Shown here: piece after piece, positions 57,138 through 64,000 of the stretch
How positions within the stretch are numbered: the stretch's first letter is position 1
How the letters are laid out: every line of letters starts with the position of its first letter
NCBI GenBank assembly: GCA_903884815.1
Contig: CAISGE010000015.1
Coordinates: 22,958 to 86,957 of the forward strand
Origin: Candidatus Omnitrophota bacterium
GTDB lineage: Bacteria; Omnitrophota; Omnitrophia; Omnitrophales; Aquincolibacteriaceae
Direction of reading: 5' to 3'
Length of the DNA: 64,000 bases
Notes under the pieces: generated by a model
Database searches by the model: none
The model's input: only the letters and a program-made list of their open reading frames with translations
What the model was told of the DNA's origin: nothing
Translations under genes and position numbers: made by a program

Positions 57138-58829
57138 ATGGAGAAACCCGTGTTCAAACTTAAGCCTGTCCCTGAGGACCTGCTGTTTCTTTCGTTGATC
57201 TTGGGTGCCGCGGTCCTCATGGCGTGGCCGTTGTTTAGCAATAGCCTCCTCGATGCTCACGATTCGATCGCTTATTATTCAAAAGCTGTCGCCGTCCATC
57301 AGTCCTGGCGAGAGGGCGATTTCCTGGCACGCTGGTCCCCCCATATCAACCAGGGGTACGGCTACCCCAACCTCAATTTCTACTCGCCTCTTTTTTTCTA
57401 CATTGCGGCAAGCTGCATGTTCTTTTTTCCTTTGGTTCTGGGTTTCCACGTTGCGATCTTTGTCTGCCTTTTCCTTTCAGGCGTTTCGATGTATTTCTTT
57501 GCCCGGGAGCTATGGGGCAGACAGGGAGGGTTGTTGTCTTCGGTCGCGTATCTTTTTGCGCCCTATCATGCGTTAGATATTTATATGCGCGCTGCAGTGG
57601 GAGAGGCGACAGCCTTTATTTTTTTTCCGCTGATCTTGTTGGCTTTTTACCGTCTTTCCCGGGGCGTCGTGCTGCGCGATATCCTGATCGGGGTGTTCGG
57701 CGTTGCAGGGCTTTTTCTTTCTCATCCGCTGGCCACTTTCATTTTTCTCCCGTGGGCCGTCGGTTACGGCCTTTTCCTTTGGGCGGCGGCGGGGCGTTTT
57801 GAGGTACGGAAGCTGATGGCGATGGGTTTTGTTTTTGGAGGAGCTCTTTGGGTGACTGCCTATTTTGTACTTCCCTCCATGCTTGAGCAGCCATTCGTTC
57901 ATATTGAAAGATTTCTTAACATTGATTATCGGGAAAATTTTCTTCGTCTGGGGCATGTCTTCTATGCTCCGTGGAAGTTCCGGGGAGCAAGTGCTCGGGA
58001 AGCAATCGTTCCCGGCGAGGTCCATTTATTGGCGGTGTTGGTTCTTCTCCTGTTCTGGAGGAGGATCGTCCTGACAGTGAAAGGAGCCGGACGGCAGATG
58101 CTTTTTTTCCTTGCACTTTTTATCCTGGCGATCTTTTTTACCTTACCCGTGTCTGCCCCGTGCTGGAGGATCATCCCGAAGCTGGCTTATGTGCAATTCC
58201 CATGGCGATTTATGATGCTGGCGGCGCTCTCGCTCTCTTTTTTGTCAGGAGGTGTTATTTGCTTGTTCTCGCCTCGCTTGCGCAAGGTCGCCTTGTTTCT
58301 TGGCTGCATTCTGTTCATTTGTTTCAATCTTTCTTACTGCAGGGTTTTTTATTTGAAGATCCATGAAACGAGATCCACGGAGGCGTATGTCAGGACATTG
58401 AAATCTCATGAATCGGGTGGATTTGTACCGAAGTGGGTTGAAAATGGCAGGATCCTGTCTCCCGCTAAAAAAGTGCAGGTCACCCGCGGGGAGGCGCAGG
58501 TCGTGGAGGAGGGGGGCAGCCCTCTTGACAGACGCTTTCATGTGACCGCCGCGACGCTCGCAACCTTGTGTTTTTATTCCTATTATTTCCCGGGGTGGGA
58601 GGTTTTTGTGAATGGCAGGGCCACAGAGATCTATCCGTCGAATCCTTTTGGCTTGATCCTTTTCAAGGTGCCCCCTGGAGATTCCTCCGTGAGGGTGCAT
58701 TTTGGGACCACTCCTGTCAGGCAATGGGGCGAGATCCTCTCGCTATCTTCGGTGCTCTTCCTGGCGCTGATCATGATCTTCCGGAAAAGAGTCGATGCCT
58801 GGCTGGCCGGCGGCGCCCCTCCTATGTAA
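57138..58829 (+). CDS. polytopic membrane protein, GT-C-like (unknown function)
   Basis: About 13 TM segments, a C-terminal periplasmic beta-domain, then a final TM. Track start 57126 is TTG; ATG at 57138. Confidence 0.5.
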   Translation: MEKPVFKLKPVPEDLLFLSLILGAAVLMAWPLFSNSLLDAHDSIAYYSKAVAVHQSWREGDFLARWSPHINQGYGYPNLNFYSPLFFYIAASCMFFFPLVLGFHVAIFVCLFLSGVSMYFFARELWGRQGGLLSSVAYLFAPYHALDIYMRAAVGEATAFIFFPLILLAFYRLSRGVVLRDILIGVFGVAGLFLSHPLATFIFLPWAVGYGLFLWAAAGRFEVRKLMAMGFVFGGALWVTAYFVLPSMLEQPFVHIERFLNIDYRENFLRLGHVFYAPWKFRGASAREAIVPGEVHLLAVLVLLLFWRRIVLTVKGAGRQMLFFLALFILAIFFTLPVSAPCWRIIPKLAYVQFPWRFMMLAALSLSFLSGGVICLFSPRLRKVALFLGCILFICFNLSYCRVFYLKIHETRSTEAYVRTLKSHESGGFVPKWVENGRILSPAKKVQVTRGEAQVVEEGGSPLDRRFHVTAATLATLCFYSYYFPGWEVFVNGRATEIYPSNPFGLILFKVPPGDSSVRVHFGTTPVRQWGEILSLSSVLFLALIMIFRKRVDAWLAGGAPPM

Positions 58830-58842
58830 GCGCGTTCGTAAC

Positions 58843-58872
58843 GCCCGCTTCTCATTGTGGGCGTTTTTTGTT
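58843..58872 (+). terminator. rho-independent terminator AACGCCCGC-loop-GTGGGCGTT-T6
   Basis: Read directly, 14 nt after the stop. Confidence 0.7.
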
Positions 58873-58886
58873 ATGATACGCCCCCT

Positions 58887-59669
58887 ATGCAGACCTTATC
58901 CCTCAGACAGAACAATATTTTGCGTGGTGTCATCGAAACGCATATCGAAACGACCCAACCCGTGGGGTCCCGTTCGATCGCCGAGAAATATGCCACCTCC
59001 TTTTCTCCCGCGACCATCCGGAACGAAATGGGAGCCCTGGAAGAAATGGGTTATCTTTCACATCCCCACACTTCGTCCGGCCGCCTTCCCACAGACTGCG
59101 GCTATCGTTATTATCTGGATCATACGCCTTTCGAAGATCATTCCGAGGAGTCCCTCAGCCGTCTCAAAAAAGAGCTCGTCCCCGCGGCAAGCCCTCAAAT
59201 GTTGGAGGAGTTCCTCGACCATGTTTCTCTGCTTTTGTCCTCTTTATCCCAGGAAGTTGGATTGACCCTGATGCCCGGCGCGGAAGCGAAGACGTCTTCA
59301 AAGTCGGGCAGGACCCGGCTTGCTTTACAGGGACTCCCTTATATCCTTGAAAAGCCTGAATTCCAGGATGTTCGGAAAGTCCGGAATTTGCTGGGCGTGT
59401 TCGAGGAAAAAGTGACGCTTACCCAATGGGTGCTGACGCACGTTGATTCCGAGCATGTTTCGGTCTCGGTAGGCCACGAGCACTCGCAAGAGGCTTTGGA
59501 AGATTGCTCGATCGTGGCGGCGCGTTATGACGCCGGGGAAAACCGCCGCGGCGTGATCGCGATCCTGGGGCCCAAGCGCATGGCGTACCGGCAGATCATC
59601 CCGCTGGTTTCGCGCATGGCAGTTGTGGTAGGCCATATGTTTGAACGAATGGAGCCCGAAATCTTATGA
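58887..59669 (+). CDS. hrcA: heat-inducible transcription repressor HrcA (short form)
   Basis: N-terminal wHTH LRGVIETHIETTQPVGSRSI. Followed by grpE and dnaJ. Confidence 0.75.
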   Translation: MQTLSLRQNNILRGVIETHIETTQPVGSRSIAEKYATSFSPATIRNEMGALEEMGYLSHPHTSSGRLPTDCGYRYYLDHTPFEDHSEESLSRLKKELVPAASPQMLEEFLDHVSLLLSSLSQEVGLTLMPGAEAKTSSKSGRTRLALQGLPYILEKPEFQDVRKVRNLLGVFEEKVTLTQWVLTHVDSEHVSVSVGHEHSQEALEDCSIVAARYDAGENRRGVIAILGPKRMAYRQIIPLVSRMAVVVGHMFERMEPEIL

Positions 59670-60325
59670 GTCATCACCACAAGAAAAATCATCACGAAAA
59701 ACAGGACGAAGGGAAAAAGATGGCGGAGGACGGCAAGGTCGAGGATGCCGCGGCTTCGCAAAATGGCGGAAAAGTAGAAGTTCCGGCGCAGGAATACGAG
59801 GCGCTTAAGAAGAAGGTCGAAGAGCTTGAAGGCTTGCGAGAAAAATTCTTACTTGCGGCGGCGGATTTCGAGAACGCGAAGAAACGGAACGCGCGCGACA
59901 AAGAAGATTTTATCAAGTTCAGCCAGGAACGGATCCTGAGGGAACTGATCCCCGTTCTGGATAATTTTGAAAGGGCGGTCGGTCACGCGACGACGGCTTC
60001 CGCGAGCGCGACCTCGTATGAGGCGCTGCTGCAGAATTTGAAGACGCTGCTTTCGGGGGTAGAGAGAGTGCAGAAGCAGTTTACCGATGCTCTCAAGTTG
60101 CACGGTCTCAAAAGGGTCGAGACTGCCGGGCAGATGTTCAACCCGCATTTCCACGAAGTGGTTGCCCATGTGCCTGAGGAAGGACCGGAAGATCAGATCG
60201 TCGATGAACTTGAACCGGGCTACACCCTTCATGACCGTCTCCTCCGGGCCGCCAAGGTCCGCGTTCGTGTATCGCCCCAGCCTCAAACGCCCGCTTCCGA
60301 GGAGAAGCAGGAAGAAATCACTTAA
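59666..60325 (+). CDS. grpE: nucleotide exchange factor GrpE
   Basis: FENAKKRNARDKED...ILRELIPVLDNFERA...HEVVAHVP GrpE blocks. Confidence 0.85.
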   Translation: MSHHHKKNHHEKQDEGKKMAEDGKVEDAAASQNGGKVEVPAQEYEALKKKVEELEGLREKFLLAAADFENAKKRNARDKEDFIKFSQERILRELIPVLDNFERAVGHATTASASATSYEALLQNLKTLLSGVERVQKQFTDALKLHGLKRVETAGQMFNPHFHEVVAHVPEEGPEDQIVDELEPGYTLHDRLLRAAKVRVRVSPQPQTPASEEKQEEIT

Positions 60326-60328
60326 AAC

Positions 60329-60396
60329 GCGCTCAACGTGCAACGGGCAACGCACAAAAAAAGAATGTTGCGCGCAGATCGTTGAGCGTTGCGCGA
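60329..60396. repeat. HPE copy between grpE and dnaJ (where dnaK usually sits)
   Basis: GCGCTCAACG TGCAACG GGCAACG CAC ... GTTGCGCGCAGATCGTTGAGCGTTGCGCG. Confidence 0.75.
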
Positions 60397-60409
60397 TTCC
60401 GAAGGAATT

Positions 60410-61501
60410 ATGGCAAAACGCGATTACTATGAAGTGTTGGGTGTGACCAAGGCGTCGGACAGCGAGACGATCAAGAAAAGCTACCGCAAGCTTGCCTTGC
60501 AGCATCATCCTGACCGCAATCCCGGAAATCACGCCGCGGAAGAGAAATTTAAGGAAGCCGCGGAAGCCTACGCCGTCCTCAGCGATCCGGACAAGCGAGC
60601 CCGCTACGACCAGTACGGGCACAGCCTGGGAGGTCAGGGCTTCTCCGGTTTCGAAGGTTTCGAGGATGCCTTTGGCGGCTTCAGCGATATCTTCGGCGAT
60701 CTTTTTGAGGGTTTTTTCGGAGGCGATGGCGGAAGACGCCGCGGTCGCGGGCAGCGGGGTGCCGATCTGGAATACACGGTGGAGCTCGAGCTCGCCGAAG
60801 TTCTCACGGGAAAGACCTTTGATCTGGAAATTCCGCGCAAGGAAACCTGCATTGAATGCCAGGGCACGGGCGCGGAAAAAGGTTCTCGGAAAACGACATG
60901 CTCCGATTGCGGGGGGCGCGGCGAGGTTCGGGTTTCCCAAGGGTTTTTCACGATCCGCAGGACCTGCCCGAGATGCCACGGGGAGGGAGAGTCGATCGAG
61001 AAACCCTGCCAGACTTGTCGCGGAGAAGGTCGCGTCCGGAAAACACGCAAGCTTCAGGTGAAGATCCCAGCCGGGATCGAGCACGGTTCCAAACTTCGTG
61101 TGACGGGAGAGGGCGAGGCGGGACAGGGCGGCGGATCACGCGGCGATCTTTACATCCCGGTGTTGATCAAAAAGAATAAGACCTTCGAGCGGCAGGGGCA
61201 TGACATTTATTGTGAGGTGCTGATCCCGTACACGGTGGCGGTGTTGGGCGGCGAAGTGGAAGTTCCGACACTGACCGGGAAAACGCGGCTTGAGGTTTCA
61301 AGTGGAACTCCGGCCGGCAAGGTGCTTAAGATCAAGGGCGAGGGTGTTCCGGCCTTCGGCATGGAGGAGCGCCGCGGGGACCAATATGTGAAAGTGGATA
61401 TTGAGATCCCGACCAAACCCAGCAAGATCGAGCGCGAGCTCCTGGAGAAATTGGCAGCCGAGCGCAAAGAAAAGATCAGCGGCAAAAAAAGTTTCTTTTA
61501 A
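60410..61501 (+). CDS. dnaJ: chaperone DnaJ
   Basis: J-domain with HPD ([12 protein letters not shown]). G/F region. Four CxxCxGxG repeats. Confidence 0.9.
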   Translation: MAKRDYYEVLGVTKASDSETIKKSYRKLALQHHPDRNPGNHAAEEKFKEAAEAYAVLSDPDKRARYDQYGHSLGGQGFSGFEGFEDAFGGFSDIFGDLFEGFFGGDGGRRRGRGQRGADLEYTVELELAEVLTGKTFDLEIPRKETCIECQGTGAEKGSRKTTCSDCGGRGEVRVSQGFFTIRRTCPRCHGEGESIEKPCQTCRGEGRVRKTRKLQVKIPAGIEHGSKLRVTGEGEAGQGGGSRGDLYIPVLIKKNKTFERQGHDIYCEVLIPYTVAVLGGEVEVPTLTGKTRLEVSSGTPAGKVLKIKGEGVPAFGMEERRGDQYVKVDIEIPTKPSKIERELLEKLAAERKEKISGKKSFF

Positions 61502-61507
61502 CCCGAT

Positions 61508-61537
61508 CAATTCCGGGAATTGAATTCCCGGAATTAG
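61508..61537. repeat. perfect palindrome CAATTCCGGGAATTGAATTCCCGGAATTAG (copy 3 of 3) after the dnaJ stop
   Basis: Read directly. Confidence 0.8.
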
Positions 61538-61558
61538 TAGGGTGGGGGAGGATGTGCT

Positions 61559-61990
61559 ATGGAATATTTTGATTATAAATATCGGGTGATTTACGCGGAT
61601 ACGGACCAGATGGGGATCACCTATTACGCGAACTACCTCAAGTGGTTCGAGGCGGGTCGCAATGAATATTTCCGGACGCTGGGATTTCCCTACACGGAAT
61701 GCGAGAAAAAGGGGATCTACCTGCCGGTCGCGGAAGCGCATGTGAATTATCTTTCGCCGTCCACCTACGACGATGACATTATCGTGAGGACCAGTGTCGC
61801 GGAGATCGGGAACAGCACGCTGCGCTTTGAATACCAGGTGATGAACGCGAAGACCCATGTCGTGGTCGCGACGGGATCGACGCTCCATGTGTTCGTGAAC
61901 AAGGCGATGAAACCCTGCCGCGTTCCCGAGGAGATCAAGGCGGTCGTGAAAGAGCACGTGCTTCTCAAAAAGAGATGCCGGTGTAAATGA
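61559..61990 (+). CDS. acyl-CoA thioesterase, YbgC/4HBT family
   Basis: YRVIYADTDQMGITYYANYLKWFEAGRNEYF hotdog-fold thioesterase motif. Confidence 0.8.
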   Translation: MEYFDYKYRVIYADTDQMGITYYANYLKWFEAGRNEYFRTLGFPYTECEKKGIYLPVAEAHVNYLSPSTYDDDIIVRTSVAEIGNSTLRFEYQVMNAKTHVVVATGSTLHVFVNKAMKPCRVPEEIKAVVKEHVLLKKRCRCK

Positions 61991-62063
61991 GACGCGTTCA
62001 ACGCGCAACGCACAACGTGAAAGCTTGAAAAAGCCGTTGAGCGTTGACCGTTGCGCGTTGTGC
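61991..62063. repeat. HPE copy between the thioesterase and gpsA
   Basis: GACGCGTTCAACG CGCAACG CACAACG TG ... CGTTGAG CGTTGAC CGTTGCG CGTTGTGC. Confidence 0.75.
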
Positions 62064-62101
62064 CAGTGAATGTGAGAATGCCTCGAAAAGGAAAGACCAA
62101 G

Positions 62102-63139
62102 ATGCCTAAGAATATAAGAGTATCCGTGATCGGCGATGGCGGTTGGGGGACGGCGCTTGCGCTCGTGAATCTTCGACGCGGGAATGACGTCATGATCTGG
62201 TCTGCCTTCCCAGAATACGCCAAAGTTCTCATGAAAAAACGCGAGAACGTCAAATTTCTGCCCGGCGTGAAACTGCCGAAAGCCCTGTGCGTGACGTCCG
62301 ATCTTAAAGAAGCCGTGGTATTCGGCGATGTGCTGGTGCTGGCCGTGCCGTCGCAATTCCTCCGGCATGTCCTCCTGAAACTGAAAGGTCTTCCGTATCA
62401 GAAAAAGATCCTGGTCAGCACTGCCAAGGGGATCGAGAAAAAAACGTGCCTGCGGCCCTCCCAGATTATCCGTGAGGTGCTTGGGCAAAAGGTTCGGATC
62501 GTCGCGCTCTCCGGTCCTTCTCACGCCGAAGAAGTCGCGCGGAATATCCCGACGCTCGTGGTCGCGGCCTCAGACGATGCCGCCAGCGCAAAATGCGTTC
62601 AGGAATATTTCCGTGATCCGAAATTCCGTGTCTATGTCCAGAAGGATGTGACGGGCGTGGAGCTCGGAGGCGCGCTCAAGAACGTGATCGCGATCGCCGC
62701 GGGGGTCTGTGACGGCCTCCAGTTCGGGGACAACACCAAGTCAGGACTTCTCACGCGCGGCATTTATGAAATGGTGCGCCTCGGCGTTAAAATGGGCGCG
62801 AGCCCGGATACCTTCTTCGGGCTTTCCGGGATCGGCGATCTGATCACGACCTGTTTCTCCAAGCACGGCCGCAACCTTTTTGTCGGCCGCGAGCTCGGGA
62901 AAGGCCGCAAGATCAAAAAGATCCTGGGCGGGATGGAAATGGTCGCGGAAGGTGTCGATACGGCTTTAAGCGCGCATCAGCTCTGCGAACGTGTGGGGCT
63001 CGACCTGCCGATCCTGCGTGAAGTTCACAGTATGCTCTACAAGCACAAGACCCCGGCCGCAGCCGTTGCCTCGCTTCTTTCCCGAACGCCTTACGACGAG
63101 TGGAAGGCGTTCGACCTCACCTCTCCCAAGCGGAAATAA
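62102..63139 (+). CDS. gpsA: NAD(P)H-dependent glycerol-3-phosphate dehydrogenase
   Basis: VIGDGGWGTALA Rossmann fold. GLSGIGDLITTC and KNVIAIAAG blocks. Confidence 0.9.
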   Translation: MPKNIRVSVIGDGGWGTALALVNLRRGNDVMIWSAFPEYAKVLMKKRENVKFLPGVKLPKALCVTSDLKEAVVFGDVLVLAVPSQFLRHVLLKLKGLPYQKKILVSTAKGIEKKTCLRPSQIIREVLGQKVRIVALSGPSHAEEVARNIPTLVVAASDDAASAKCVQEYFRDPKFRVYVQKDVTGVELGGALKNVIAIAAGVCDGLQFGDNTKSGLLTRGIYEMVRLGVKMGASPDTFFGLSGIGDLITTCFSKHGRNLFVGRELGKGRKIKKILGGMEMVAEGVDTALSAHQLCERVGLDLPILREVHSMLYKHKTPAAAVASLLSRTPYDEWKAFDLTSPKRK

Positions 63140-63184
63140 AAAAGGCCGATTCCTTTTCACATCGAAGGAACGGCCTTTTTTTAT
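63140..63184 (+). terminator. rho-independent terminator AAGGCCGATTCCTT-loop-AAGGAACGGCC-T7
   Basis: Read directly after the gpsA stop. Confidence 0.75.
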
Positions 63185-63244
63185 GTTGCCTATCGCAAAG
63201 CTAGCTTTATCCACCTACCACATACTACCGACTGTGTGAGGCTT

Positions 63245-64000
63245 TTACGCCACCTTCGGCATCTCGATCGACGGTCCTTCGTCGACCTTGCCGCCCACGC
63301 GCGGGAACAGATCATCCCACTTGAGTGTTAAGCTGATCGTGAATCCCTGAGAGTACGTTGTGTACGTTCCGTCTACCGAAGAATTAGAGAGCGAAGGGTT
63401 CTCAGCGATGCTGTTATTGATGCGTCGTCTGAAATAGAACGAGTTGTAATAGCAGAGGTCCAGGACAAGATATTTGTTGATGTTGTAACCAGCTCCCATG
63501 GATAGAGCTAAATGGTTAGCGTCCGGGACTGCGGGAGTGAAATGGTCTTTCGGTATTGGCGTCCAATAGAACCAGCTTCCACCCCTCAGCGTTAAATTCT
63601 TTGTCAGCTTATGGCTTGCGCCCAATTGTAGGCCGTAGCCATCCCTCCAGTCTTTATCCGAGCCGGAGGAATTTCCAACACCATCCAGGATCGTATTGTT
63701 CCAGACTCCAGGCGCCGGATCAGCCGGAACTCTAAGGCGTTTGTGCACCGACCAGTGTGTCCAGGTGAAATCTGCCTCATAATGCGTTTTTTCTGTTGGC
63801 TGGAAGGCATAAGCCCAGGTCATATTCATGGGCAGATTGACTTTGGTGTGAACGCCTGTCTCGAAATCACTGGGTCCCCACAATGTGCTGGCCCCTTCGA
63901 CCTTTACCTGGCCTCTCGCCTTCACAACCACCGGGCCTCGGACGTAATAGCCGAGGCGATGTTTCGGAGTGAGCTTGAGCAGCGTGCCGAGTTGCCATCC
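63245..64000 (-). CDS. outer-membrane beta-barrel protein, FadL/OmpP1-like (5' partial, continues past window end)
   Basis: The frame stays open to 64000 upstream of the annotated M. Alternating aromatic beta-strand pattern. Ends with a C-terminal aromatic residue region. Confidence 0.5.
   Translation of the reverse strand, partial: GWQLGTLLKLTPKHRLGYYVRGPVVVKARGQVKVEGASTLWGPSDFETGVHTKVNLPMNMTWAYAFQPTEKTHYEADFTWTHWSVHKRLRVPADPAPGVWNNTILDGVGNSSGSDKDWRDGYGLQLGASHKLTKNLTLRGGSWFYWTPIPKDHFTPAVPDANHLALSMGAGYNINKYLVLDLCYYNSFYFRRRINNSIAENPSLSNSSVDGTYTTYSQGFTISLTLKWDDLFPRVGGKVDEGPSIEMPKVA

Noticed and set aside
58830-58890. Search for a CIRCE operator (TTAGCACTC-N9-GAGTGCTAA) upstream of hrcA.
   Set aside because: Not present. 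Only a terminator hairpin and a TATGAT -10 were found.

Overview
This is a high-GC (about 58%), gene-dense bacterial chromosomal segment. Reading it by eye, I found no rRNA, tRNA, CRISPR array, integrase or IS element.

Coding content:
- An 11-gene complex I operon, nuoA-B-C-D-H-I-J-K-L-M-N, on the minus strand. nuoD is followed directly by nuoH, so no nuoEFG (N-module) is encoded here.
- Six dispersed type IV pilin-like paralogs (prepilin N-terminal KGFTLVEV...PRM domain). Each sits behind the same conserved promoter/leader with an extended -10 (TGCTATAGT). Three of them lie in a tandemly duplicated cassette with a decayed copy of a small membrane-protein gene.
- Housekeeping genes: thiC, ispG, ispH, a futalosine-type radical SAM enzyme, greA, nth, trxA, era, pfk, efp, hrcA-grpE-dnaJ (no dnaK), gpsA.
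- Regulatory and envelope genes: a sensor kinase/response-regulator pair with a NUDIX hydrolase; two paralogous GT-C-like polytopic membrane proteins; an ECF sigma/anti-sigma/Spy-like module with two identical GGAACTT-N17-TCTAA promoters.
- A P-loop kinase fused to a dCMP-deaminase domain, and a tandem AsnC/Lrp-type HTH protein preceded by a dense array of ATTGGGAC/GCCCCAAT inverted repeats.
- A 1394-aa secreted protein with a novel thrice-repeated ~90-aa module behind an AT-rich upstream region, and a 909-aa secreted protein of unknown function.

The most unusual non-coding signal is a set of intergenic palindromic repeat families:
- Eleven copies of an element whose left arm is 3-5 tandem heptamers ending in ACG and whose right arm is the complement.
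- A 26-nt perfect palindrome ATTCCGGGAATTGAATTCCCGGAAT, three copies.
- An ACACACCGGGTGTG palindrome, four or more copies.
- A re-used terminator hairpin GGGGACAGGCA...TGCCTGTCCCC, three copies.

The pilin multiplicity and the load of miniature repeats resemble candidate-phylum genomes (Omnitrophota-like), but taxonomy cannot be established by reading alone.

The ORF track renders TTG/GTG starts as M and often over-extends N-termini. I re-derived starts by codon arithmetic from the track coordinates; element coordinates read off the sequence may be off by 1-2 nt.
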